The translations under genes were made by a program, and so were the position numbers. The notes beneath the pieces were generated by a model. The model ran no database searches and was not told the DNA's origin. It was given only the letters and a program-made list of their open reading frames with translations. This document shows positions 31,920 to 43,430 of a stretch of 64,000 nucleotides of DNA, in pieces (position 1 is the stretch's first letter; each line of letters starts with the position of its first letter). This stretch comes from Tubulanus polymorphus (Eukaryota > Animalia > Nemertea), in contig NC_134025.1 in the NCBI RefSeq assembly GCF_964204645.1, positions 6,200,001-6,264,000 of the forward strand, written 5' to 3'.

Positions 31920-31964
31920 TATTCCTGAAGATGACCGACTGGTTTATAGTCGAAACGTTGAATA
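31920..31964 (+). ncRNA. Minimal type I hammerhead ribozyme (Penelope-type)
   Basis: UAUUC-CUGAAGA-U-GAC(13 nt)GUC-GAAAC-GU-U-GAAUA: complete core, stem II, palindromic ACGU stem III, 5-bp stem I; inside a 25-bp perfect inverted repeat (31831-31855 / 31981-32005). Confidence 0.65.
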
Positions 31965-32445
31965 AAACTGCATGTATACCCTCAAGGAAACATTTTCGGA
32001 CTTTAAGAGGATTGTGTGCCAAACCGACCAGGGGGCACAGTTCCACAAAAATGATCAATAATCCTAAATGGATTTCATTAATTAATCAGTTAACTGAATT
32101 TGTCCTGGATAGTCTCAAAATCTTAAGATTCATCATTTTCAAAAAGGCGAAGACCCACGCAATTCTATCACATTCGTTTGTGCCTTTTGAAATGATTTTG
32201 GGCATGATTTGCCCTTTTTCAATCTAACTGACGACGCAACAATATGTTTTTCACTATGCCCTTTTGAACAAAGGAGAGTACCTCAAAGCTTCTTTTTAGG
32301 GACAAGTGAAATTTCAGATGTGTGTGCTTGGCCCCGGGCAAGTGTATCCCAACCAGAAACCAAAATTATTTGTAGTCGCAGTCTGGACCGCGCCTGAACT
32401 GGGTAGGTTTTGGTCTATGATGCGGGAGTTTCAAACAGTTTAGAA

Positions 32446-32690
32446 GCCAGCAGTTTCATGCGCATACACTGAGGGTCCAGTTTCACAATAAACTCCTAGA
32501 TTGATTTAGGATTAAGTTTAAACTACATTGGTGAAACCGGATCCACAGGATCCGTTTAACAAACATAGAGGACTCAATAAGATAAGTTTTTGAGTAAATG
32601 ATTTTTATGAAACTGAACCTATGCGATGTAGGTTTATCGCCCACGTAAGGTTTATCATGTACGTGACGCAGAGTCTATGAAACTGCTGGC
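32446..32690. mobile_element. Nested MITEs
   Basis: Outer TIR gccagcagtttcat / atgaaactgctggc; inner gggtccagtttca (32473) / tgaaactgaacc (~32619). Confidence 0.65.
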
Positions 32691-33829
32691 GTCTGTGATC
32701 ACAAACGGAACAACAGAGAAAATATATATTTATTTCAAATAACACGATACAGCAGTTCATACAAAATAAAGTCCCATGATAAAAGAAAACGTGTCATTGC
32801 ATGTGGGACTATAAGCCCGTTTACAATACATTATTATACAAGTTTATACATACATGCCCAGAAAACTGGGTTCTGAGGTAGAAACAATTACAAACTAATG
32901 CAATTACATGGAGTGTGTAAAATATCTCATGCCCTTGATCTATCTCAGAATGCCCATCATTTATCTTTAATTTCAATTTTCAGTAAAAATCAAAATAAGA
33001 TTAAAACTACAAATTTAAAAGAATTAAGACACAACGTTTTGGTGTCTCTCTAGAGACCATTGTCAGATGTGAACAAATAACTAAAACACAGGTAATAGGA
33101 AGGAAAAGTTAATTGAAAAAGGAGAGGGGTGTTAAGTGCTTAGGTTGAGAGGTTTTGTGATTTTGTGCATAGGTTGTTCTAGTTATTTCTTCATTTACCT
33201 AAGTTTATTTTGATTCTGATTCTTGATAAATAAATTACGTGTCTAATCTCTTAAATTTGTATATAGCGGGTTCAAATCATCTATTATCTACACCTGACTA
33301 AGTGAACAGGCATTACTACAGCAAAAATGACGTCACAGCATTGTGGGATGAATCAGGGGATGACTCCATTGTTTTTATGGATACATGATTCGCAGTCATT
33401 GAAACCATCAGAAACAGAACAACAGTAGCACTGGCCGGCACAATATAAAAATTTTCATTTAGCTTCATGTATAAACTTTAAAATTGCAGATGTCTGAAGT
33501 AAGTGGCAGTCAGTATATCAATCTCAAGGTAGATGGCGTATTGGTCTGTGTCCCTGTCAAATGGCATTTTGGTCCCCACTTCGTCCTAGAATAAACTCGT
33601 GTCTGCAAATATGACATCGAAAATGTTGGATTAGATTAACAGTCAAGTGGGAATTTCATGACATACATGTACTTCAGAAACAAGAGTTTTATAGGGAATT
33701 TTTACGAAATAGGGGTAGATACTATTAGAAAACCAACCATTTTGAAACTTGTGTTTATCTGATTAGTTCAAGCTCAAGTTTCTGAGTCTGGATTTCACCA
33801 AGGCAGTCTTGTAAGTGTTGTACCATTTC

Positions 33830-36740
33830 GACAATTTCCATTTCTAGCAGGATTTCACTTCCAAGAGCCATAATATCATTAAATAGCAACTTCAGCAACA
33901 ACGAGCTTCTTCATTATTTAAAGATGAATATTCTCAATTTCTCCAGCTGCAATTTGTGTCTGGTGCACCGCATTCTGGTAAGAGAAAAATTATGCCAGAA
34001 AATAATTGGTGAAATAAATAGAAACTGCAGCATGTGTGTTCGATTAACAGAAAACCCACCAAACCTTTTGAGTAGCTTATCACAATCCGTTGAGTGAATG
34101 CAGATTTCTGACCCACCATTTTGCTGAGTTGATTTGAAGAGAATTCTTTTGAAACCGGACGAAAAATGATAAATATATTTTATATCTGATAAATCACTAC
34201 ATGATAAATCACTACAAATTAATGCAATAAATCGATATAAAACTCACCACTTCTGACTAGTGTTTGATATGTAGAACGCAATGTTTACTGTTTGCAGATT
34301 TGCAAAGGTTCAGCTTCATTTTGACCCCTAAAGTACAAAAGTTGTATCATTTAGACTTGATAATTCTAACTTTGACCAGGAAAAAAGGAATTGAAAATTC
34401 ACCTTATCTGTAATTCTATGGTGTTTAATTCTGGTGGAATGATTTCAAATTCTCGACTGTTTCTAGCTCAGAAGTTATTCGTTCTATGTGTTGAACTGGA
34501 TGGTCATTAAAGACAAAGCTTTATAACAGGAAATGACTTCATACATTTACAACAGTCAAACAGCAGCAAGTTTTATAGAGACTGGAATCTGCAGAGATAT
34601 TTACCGGTGCTTGCTTGGATCTAAAGCAATGTCTATCATTTTTCAAATCTTCAGTGAATTCCTACTATTTAATGTTCACAGATTCTGTCAAGGGATCCAC
34701 TTATTTCGACTCCTAAAATACAAATGTATAAATGTTAGAAATTGTCAGTTACCGGTAAGTTGCTATGAAATAAGATCTGTTTCAGATTGAAGCTCACAGC
34801 TTTCGTCTCACTTGTTTGCAGAATTGTTAGGCTAGTGTGAGGAGGACCAATATGTTTGAGGTGAACTTTGAACCAGGTCTTTTGAGCTGTAAATTCTAGT
34901 GATGAACTTTCTTCTGTCACGAGAAAATTGATAAGTGAAATAAAAAAAACATCGTGTGTGTGTGTGTGCTATTCTGGGAATTACTATTTTTCTTACCTGT
35001 TTTGATTATTGTAGCATATTGTCCACGATATTCCCGAAGGCGATTTTGATAGGGGATGCAGCAGCAGCACTTCTTACAAAGCTTTTGAGAGAATGACGTA
35101 TAAAAATACTGTATAGAATAATATATAGGTTATTATCAAATTAAAGCAAAACTCACCATTTCCAAACTTGTATCGGATTAGTTTAGTGCCTTTTGACCAC
35201 GCAGACTATTTCCATTTCCAGCAGGATTTCACTTCCAAGTGCAATTTGTGATGGGTTGCAATTTGTGATGGGTGCACTGCATTCTGGAATGAGAAAAATT
35301 ATAACAGAAAATAATTAGTGATATAAATATGAAATGCAGCTTGTTCGTGTTCTATGGGCTGAAAACCCACCAGATTTTGAGTAGTTTATCACTATGTGTT
35401 GAGTGTATGCAGATTTCTGAGAAGTCTAATGGTAGCTATAGAATGTCCTCAAAAACAAAATGTACGAAAAGCATTGATATCTATCTGCTGACATTGATCT
35501 GAAACCAAAAGAATTTTCCTGACTTGATCTAAAAATATATCTATTTAAACCGGACAAAAAATGATAAATAAAGTTTATAACAAATAAATAACAAATTACA
35601 CCAATAAATCGATATAAAACTCACCACTTCTCCGATGTTTGTAGCTCAGAAGTCTTTCATTCTATGTATCGAACTGAATGGGCACAAAAGAAAAACTTTT
35701 TATCAGGAATTGACATCATATATTTATTTAGAAACAGCAGCAAGTTTTATAGAGACTGGAATCTGCAGAGATGTTTACCAGTACCTGTTTTGAGGAGCTA
35801 AAGAGATGTCCATCATTTATAAATGTTCTGTGAAATCACAATACTGTTCACAGATTCTGTCAAAGGCTCCGCTTATTTTTACTCCTGAAATACAAATGTA
35901 TAAATAATATAAATTGTCAGTATGGTTGTTATGAAATAAGAGCAGTTTCAAATTGAAACTCACAGTTTTCATCCCACTTGTTTGAAGAATTATCAGCTAT
36001 GTGTGAGGAGGATCATTCATGGTTAACTTTGAACCAGGTCTTTTGCGCTGTAGATTCTGGTGTTGTGTGGATTTTATTCTGTAAAGAGAAATTGATTAGT
36101 GAAATTAAGAAACATTACAAATGTGTCTGCTTTTCTGAAAATTACTATTTTTCTTACCTGTTTTGATTATTGTAGCATATTGTCCACGATATTTCCAGAG
36201 GAAATTTTGATAGATGATGTAGCAGCAGCAGCAGCACTTCTTATTAAGCTTTTGAGAGAATGACACATAGAAATACTGTATAGAATAATATTTTGCACAT
36301 GATATTATCAAATCAGAGCACAATGGAGTGATGAAAAACTCACCGGATTATCGGATTAGTTTAGTGCCTTTTGACCATGCAGGCTATTTCCATTTCTAGC
36401 AGGATTTCACTCCCGGGAGCCTTAATGTCATGAAGATAAGAGCACTAATGATTTCCTGAAAAAATAATAAAGACATAGATAATTGAACCATATAGTTGTA
36501 AACAAGGAAGAACCAGGTCGAATCATGTAGAGAAAATTACTTACATACAATACCACAAATTACTGAAATAAATCGAAAACTCTCTACTTCTGACTTGTTT
36601 GATTTGTAGAATGCAATGTTTACTGGTTGCAGATTTCCGGAGGTTCAGCTTTATTTTGGCACCTGAAATACAAATGTTGTAGAGAAGCATACATTACAGA
36701 AGTTGTTATGAAATAAGAGCAGTTTCAAACCATATCTCAC
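33830..36740. repeat. Diverged tandem duplication of a ~1.2-1.4 kb exon-intron block (about 2.5 copies)
   Basis: 34559~35733, 34980~36142, 35151~36338, 33830~35205, 34244~36578 align by eye. Confidence 0.85.
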
Positions 36741-37204
36741 CATTTCCCTCAATGCTTTTAAGCTAACAGTATTTGAGGTCGGCTGTTGGGCGTTTAAACC
36801 TCCATCGCTCTGTCCACTGAAAATATATATGAAAAACATAAGATGTCAATAATTTCAATTTCAATCAGGGTTAAAATGACTGAAAACTCGCCTCAAACTG
36901 CTGTGATATGGAAAATAAGCAGAAACATAATGAATACTGATATATTTCCAAACTGGTTAAATCTGCTGCCGGTGCTGTGTGTTTCTGAAATAAGAGTAAA
37001 AAACAGCAGATGAGATTAAAACAGCAGTTTATCGTTCGAAAATAATGCAGATCATCGACAGAGACTGAAGAATTCTGTAGAGAAATGCATCATTAGCTTT
37101 AAACTTAACTTTTAGTAGATTCAAGTAGATTCTATTGCGTTTATTTCATTCTCAAAAGAAAAAAGAAACAATAATCAATGACAAGTAACATCTCAAAGTT
37201 TTCA

Positions 37205-37463
37205 ATCAATTAGAAATTGGCCCCTAGTGTCAATAACACAACTATTATCAATTATGTTCCTTCATCACAATCAGATGTGTTCACTATTTCTCTAGATTAT
37301 ACAGCTGTAGATATCAAACTGATGTACATGTAACATTGTGTGCAGATACGGAGTACAGATCACTGCATTACTTCATCCTGTGAATGAACAGTGAATTTTT
37401 CTCTCATCTTCACAATTCCCATCCGTCTAACTAAAACATCAACTCACTTCAACTCACCTAACC
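37205..37463 (+). repeat. Left arm of a ~250-bp inverted repeat (partner 42616-42863)
   Basis: e.g. tctctagattatacagctgtagat and cagatcactgcattacttcatcctgtga are reverse-complemented in 42616-42863. Confidence 0.9.
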
Positions 37464-37950
37464 TCCCGTCCCAACCCTCCCAGACCCCATCCCTCCCGCC
37501 CTCCCTCACCCCTTCCCTCCCCCTCCCAGACCCCTTTACACCCCATCCCTCCCGCCCCCCCCCTCCCAGACCCCTCCCTCCCTCCCAGACCCCTTCCCTC
37601 CCTCCCTCCCTCCCAGATCCCTTCCCTCCCTCCCAGACCCCTTCCCTCCCTCCCTCCCAGACCCCTTCCCTCCCTCCCTCCCTCCCAGACCCCTTCCCTC
37701 CCTCCCTCCCTCCCAGACCCCTTCCCTCCCTCCCCCTCCCAGACCCCTTCCCTCCCTCCCCCTCCCAGACCCCTTCCCTCCCTCCCCCTCCCAGACCCCT
37801 TCCCTCCCTCCCCCTCCCAGACCCCTTCCCTCCCTCCCCCTCCCAGACCCCTTCCCTCCCAGACCCCCTCCCTCCCTCCCCCTTCCCTCCCTCCCTCCCC
37901 CTTTCCCCCTCCCTCCCCCTTCCCTCCCTCCCTCCCTCCCTCCCTCCCAT
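37464..37950. repeat. C-rich minisatellite (ccctcccagaccccttccctc)n, G4-prone on the - strand
   Basis: About 20 units of 21-29 bp; source of the spurious Pro- and Gly-rich ORFs. Confidence 0.95.
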
Positions 37951-38876
37951 CGAGCTTCAACTCTTCCCTCTCTTCCTATGACATCACTCATCTCTACAAT
38001 ACCTCAAAAATGATTTGCCATTTTTCACGACCATATCAATTGAAGTAACAAATCGAAATCCTTAAATCGCTTGCATCATTCACTAGACTAAAGAGATGGA
38101 AGAATTCAAACGATCAAATACCGAGTTCACAAACTAATCACAGTGTCGAAAATCACAAGGCCTCATTTTTTATAGATGAAACTTTTATCATTTGAGGAAT
38201 TTATTCAAATTAATCCTTTCTATTTTTCCTAGCCGTCCAATTAGTAATTATGTGTCCATAATGCGGTTCAAATCAATGTAAGTTTCACAGCATGTTGCTG
38301 TCAATAGATTTCGTTTATCAAATCAAGCAAGTTTCTTTAAATCATCAAACCAAACCTAAGAAACTAAACTAACATTGTTGCGAGGGAGGCATGGAGGGTT
38401 CACTAGACCAGAACCAGACCAAACTTCAATACTGACAATGTTGTGAGGAGGGCAAACACAAACCAAGGACAAGAATGATGGGTTGATTCGGAATAGATCA
38501 AAAACAATCAACCTAATTATGTTGCTTCACAAATTGTGCACATGTAATCTTTTTCACTATGAAACCATCGTGGACCAATGACAGTTGAAAGTCAGATTAG
38601 ATTTTTCTTTACTCTCTACTACTGCTACTACTACTAGAGGCTTTATATGAGCAAGTTTTTTTATGGAATCCTTTTCTTAAGATTTATTAATCAATGCTTA
38701 TCAACTGCTGATGTCTATATGTTATAAAATACATAAACAATATGTTTCATTGTCTCTTCAAGTTACACTTGAACCCAGCGGAACCCAGCGGAACTCCAGC
38801 CATATTTCATCATTTGCCATTTGACATTTTTCCTTTTTTCTTTTTCACTCTGTTTTTGTTTCAGTACTCAGTACTT

Positions 38877-39066
38877 TTTTGAGTCGAGGTAGGGATAGAC
38901 CCCTGTCCGCCCTCTAAGCGTGCAGGACACTAAACCTTCGAATTGCTCTCAGACCCCACTCTTTATATTGTTCTCTGTGTTTTGAGTCAAAGTAAGAATA
39001 GACCCCTGCCTGCCATCTAGGCCAGCAGAACACTAAACCTTTGCTCTCAGACTCCACTCTTTATAT
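38877..39066. repeat. Direct tandem duplication of ~95-100 bp
   Basis: ttttgagtc..atagacccctg..cactaaacctt..gctctcagac.ccactctttatat occurs twice. Confidence 0.8.
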
Positions 39067-39315
39067 CAGCATTTTATGCTGTTTTTCATTCACTTCCTAT
39101 TTTTCTCTTCATATTTTTCTTATTGGCTTTTCTCATTTTATAATTTGTCTTTTAACTGGCACTCATCAGTTCCAACTGGGGTCAAATCTATATGTCTTGT
39201 AGAGACAAGCAGCAATACATCAATGACAGTAACATGTCTGTTGATTTAGAGAATCCCATACAGCTGCCAATAAAACCAGTAGTAGCAGCAGCACTAATAT
39301 ACAATACTGTATACA

Positions 39316-39883
39316 GGCCCTGGTTTACTGACCAGGGAGTCGAAGTTTGGTTCACAGCCCTGGTTTTGAGACCAAGGAGTCAAAATTAGGTTCGCGACCC
39401 TGGTTTGGTAACCAGAGTAAACATTTGGTTCACGGCCACATTTGGTGACCTGAGTAAACATTTGGTTCACCACACTGGTTTGGTGACCAAAGATTCAAGG
39501 GTTGGTTCACGGCCCTAGTTTGGTGACCAGAGTCAACTTTTAGTTCACAGCCCTGGTTTGGTGACCAGAGTCAATGTTTGGTTCACAGCCCTGGTTTGGT
39601 GACCAAAGATTCAAGGTTTGGTTCACGGCACTGGTTTGATGATTGCAGGGTCAAAGTTTGGTTCAAAGATTCAAGGTTTGGTTTGCGGCCCTGGTTTGGT
39701 GACCAACGAGTCAGCATTTGGTTCACAGCCCTCGTTAGGTGACCACAGATTCAAGGTTTGGTTTGCGGCCCTGGTTTGCTGACCAAAGAGTCAAAGTTTG
39801 GTTCACAGCACTGGTTTTGTGACCAAAGAGTCAAAATTTGGTTCACGACCCTGGTTTGGTGACCTGAGTAAACATTTGGTTTC
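39316..39883. repeat. 38-40 bp minisatellite, ~14 copies
   Basis: Consensus rgccctggtttggtgaccaaagagtcaargtttggttcac. Confidence 0.93.
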
Positions 39884-41456
39884 AATGCGCATGCGTCGCG
39901 ATCATATTATTGATTAATTGGCCACTTGACCTACAATCGTGGCAGATGCAGCACCTGAAGCCATGTCGTTGTTGCTAGTGTGCAGGAAAATTTTGCGGCG
40001 TCAATGTCACTGATAAATTGCCATGGCATCGTTTTTGCAGCGTAGTTGTTGCTTTGACACTAGTGTGCGGCCCGCTTTAAGATTATACCCTATCATGGGT
40101 TCACAATCTGTACTAATTAGTTATGTCAAAAATAAGTCAGGAATCAAAAACCGCCGTTGACGAGGTGGTACAAGCAGTCGGTCCTATAGCCCCCCCTGAC
40201 ACCCTTCACAGCCTGATATCCATTCAGAAACAATTCCTTAAATATATTCCTGGCTAAGATTTTTTGCCCTAGGTGGTGCTGATAATAATAATAATAATTA
40301 TATAATCGCATTATTGATATCAACGTTCAATGGCTATCGCATTATTGACACCACTGTTTGATGTGCGGTAAAAAAAATATATATTGAGGTGGCGCTAGAG
40401 AATGGATTGAAAATATGTTAAAGTGGCAATGAGCATTTGGCAACAAACAATTGGCAATTTGCAACTAGCAACTGGCATGTCCCTTTAGCGCTTCTATAGA
40501 AGTGGTCGGCTGATACCAACGCGTGCGCTAGTGGACAAGCGAATTTTATGAACTCTACAAATATGAATTGTTTCAATTCGAGGCGGATTTTTTCTTTAAC
40601 GTGGGAGCAATAAATGAATAAATAAAATAAAATAAATTATAACGCAATTACCTTCAAATGGAGTTCATGAAAAAAATTGACGCGTTTTTACTACAGGTAA
40701 ATCCATAAGATCTTAAATAATTCTAATCACAGAAATAATTTGAGATTTGTAACTAAGATGTATAAATCTGCTTCCAGTATGTGAGAGGACCCCTAGGTGG
40801 CGCTCCTTAAAGGAGCCGTTCATTTTTATGAACTGATTTTGACGAAACATTCGTACGCCTCTAAGTACGAAATTTAATCCAACAAGGCTGAAACCCGTTA
40901 TTGCTGCTTTGCGACTATATTCTTAAATCCATAACTAAGATGTATAAATGTGCTTTATCAAAATGAACTACTCACTCAAAGTAGTGGGAAACTGTTGAAA
41001 ACTCAAGTAAAAACTAGATCAGGTTTAAAAATATTTCCTGATATAAGTATAATTAGTCCACAATGCCTTTTATTCTGTTGAGAAAACAAGAATTCTCAGC
41101 TTGAAATATACTGATGTCAATAGAATCTATTCAGAAATATGAATGTTCCTACAAATATCATAGAACAATAGTCTCTCTGTCTTTGTCTTTGTCAATCCGT
41201 GTCATCATTGTTCCACCTATAAATCAGTTTATTTCAGAAAATGTGTCCCCAGAAACACTAGGATAACTAACTATTAAGGATATTTATCTATCTTCAAATA
41301 ATCTAGTAGCGCTTTTTTTTCAACAGCTTGAAATGAACAAATGATGAAAATAAACCGCTAGTTTATTTTCAGACTTTTTCTATCCAGATTATATACATAT
41401 TCAATAACTACTTTACTACTGATTATGAATTCGATTTTAACTAAGAATAGACTAAT

Positions 41457-41497
41457 GAAGCACGCTGACGACGGCTCAGCCGTCGTCAGCGTGCTTC
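41457..41497. repeat. Perfect 41-bp palindrome (20-bp arms, 1-nt centre)
   Basis: gaagcacgctgacgacggct-c-agccgtcgtcagcgtgcttc. Confidence 0.95.
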
Positions 41498-41829
41498 GCA
41501 GGTGCTGAACTCAAAAAGGGGGTCTGGGCATCATCCTTACAAAATTTCACCATTTGTAAAAGGGAGCAAGCGTCCCCGCGACCCCTCCTGGATCTGCCAA
41601 TGAACGTGAACTGCATTTCGACAACTCCTTAGGCTGCACTCCCCCTACTACAGTTATTCAACTACAGTCAGTATTTTGAATGATATTTAAAGGAGCACAA
41701 AAGAAAGTAAAGTACAACTTTCTATTGGCAACGTATTCCAAAAAGAGGCAGTACGCCACCACCTTTCAACAGTAATTATTGTGTAAATAATTGTTGATTA
41801 ATAATTGAATTGCTCATTAAGCTATATTT

Positions 41830-42060
41830 TGATCGCTTCCAGGGAGCAGTTTCTAATCAATCAAAAAAAATTAATTACTCATTCGTGGCCAACTTGAATA
41901 ATGGCCCTAGAATTGAAAAGTGCCCAATCAAAAACCTGGGGCAATTATCACTTAACGATTTTAAGAGAAGTGACAGTGAAATTACGCACACTAACGGGGG
42001 ATCGAACCCAGGTCTCGTAGAAGGCAATCGCGCTATAATCCAGTAAAACAAATAGAACAA
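41830..42060 (-). mobile_element. tRNA-derived SINE remnant
   Basis: B-box GGTTCGATCC in gacctgggttcgatcccccgttagtgtgc (~41987-42015) with a degenerate A-box upstream; no complete cloverleaf. Confidence 0.45.
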
Positions 42061-42234
42061 GTCCATCTTACCAGCTTGTCGTATGCGTAATGACTGTAAT
42101 ACGATGTATTCAAGTCTAGTGTGACGATGCCTAACAATTAAGGTGTTTTATACTAATCATATTGGTTATATTAGAATACAATAAAAAAGGGACACATTTT
42201 CTGAAATATCCTGACTAAGAAAAACTACTACAAC

Positions 42235-42612
42235 TAAACCTGAACCTGACCCTACACTACCCCCCACCTAAACCGTTCACCACCAACCACCTATACCCTA
42301 AACCCCTCCCTCCAAAGTCCTACCACCACCCATCCTCCCAAGCCCACCCTTACATCCCACCCTCCCTAACCCTATCCCTCCCCTACGTCCCAGACCCCAT
42401 CCCTCCCTCCCACACCCTATCCCTCCCACCCCTGCACCCCATCCCTCCCGCACCCCTTCCCTCCCGCCCTCCTAGACCCCTTCCCTCCCGCCCTCCCTCT
42501 TCCCTTCCCTCTCACCCTCCCAGACCCCTTCCCTCCTGCCCTCCCAGACCCCTTCCCTCCCGACCTCCCTCTACCCCTGCCTCCCCCAACCCTACCCACC
42601 CTCCCCGAACCC
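42235..42612. repeat. Second, more degenerate C-rich minisatellite of the same unit
   Basis: ccctcccagaccccttccctcc units, same orientation as 37464-37950. Confidence 0.9.
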
Positions 42613-42615
42613 CAT

Positions 42616-42863
42616 GGTTAGATGAGTTGAAGTGTTACGATGCATTAGTTCGACGGATGGGAATTGTGAAGATAAAAGAACAAATCACTGTTCAATCACA
42701 GGATGAAGTAATGCAGTGATCTGTGCTCAGTATCTGCACATGCATCAGTCTAATATCTACAGCTGTATAATCTAGAGAAATTGCAAACACATCTGATTGT
42801 GACGGAAGGAACATAATTGATAACAGTTGTGTAATTGACATCAAGGACCAGTTTCATATTGAT
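42616..42863 (-). repeat. Right arm of the ~250-bp inverted repeat
   Basis: Reverse complement of 37205-37463 with scattered substitutions and indels. Confidence 0.9.
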
Positions 42864-43129
42864 CAGAAATAACATTTGAGTTGATCAATTTAGAAAACCT
42901 GTAAACCCATGTTATTCTTTTATGTATTGCTAAGACAACAATCCCAACCATGAAATCCCTACCAAATATACACCAATATCAAGACATCTGAATGGATTCA
43001 ATAAACAAATGTAAAAACCCAGATTTGATTTCAAAACATGGTTCATAACAAAAACTATCAAACTGGTCCCTTAAAAACAAATCAACAACTGATAAATAAA
43101 AGATGAAATATGTAACTTATCTTGAATTT

Positions 43130-43430
43130 CCTTTTAGTGATTCCTGATGTCCTGTACAGAATCCAAGAGTCTTATTGTAAAACAGTGATAATCCATGAAG
43201 AAAGTCTTATTGTAAAACAGCGATTCTTGTTGTCCTGTGCAGAATCTAAGAAAGTCTGATTGTAAAGCACTAATTCCTTGTCCTGTACTAAATCCAACTG
43301 AATCCAAGTATTACTGTAAAGCACTGATTCCTGAAGCACTGATTCCACTGATTTGTATCCCGTTCTGATTCCAAGAAAGTCTTATTGTAAAGCATTGATT
43401 CCTTGTTGTCCTGTCCTGAATCCAAGTTCC
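43130..43430. repeat. Degenerate tandem repeat, ~35-55 bp unit, 5-6 copies
   Basis: Recurring gtcttattgtaaa.cac/ag..gattcc...tgtcctgt.c.gaatccaag. Confidence 0.75.

Noticed and set aside
37391-37991. Four overlapping Pro-rich / Gly-Arg-Glu-rich ORFs of 151-196 aa (also 42417-42599)
   Set aside because: Stop-free frames produced by the C-rich minisatellite; no coding context.
39316-39883. CRISPR-like periodicity
   Set aside because: Whole unit repeats with no unique spacers; eukaryotic context and no cas genes.
41987-42015. Possible tRNA gene
   Set aside because: Only the T-arm/B-box is present; no acceptor stem or anticodon arm.
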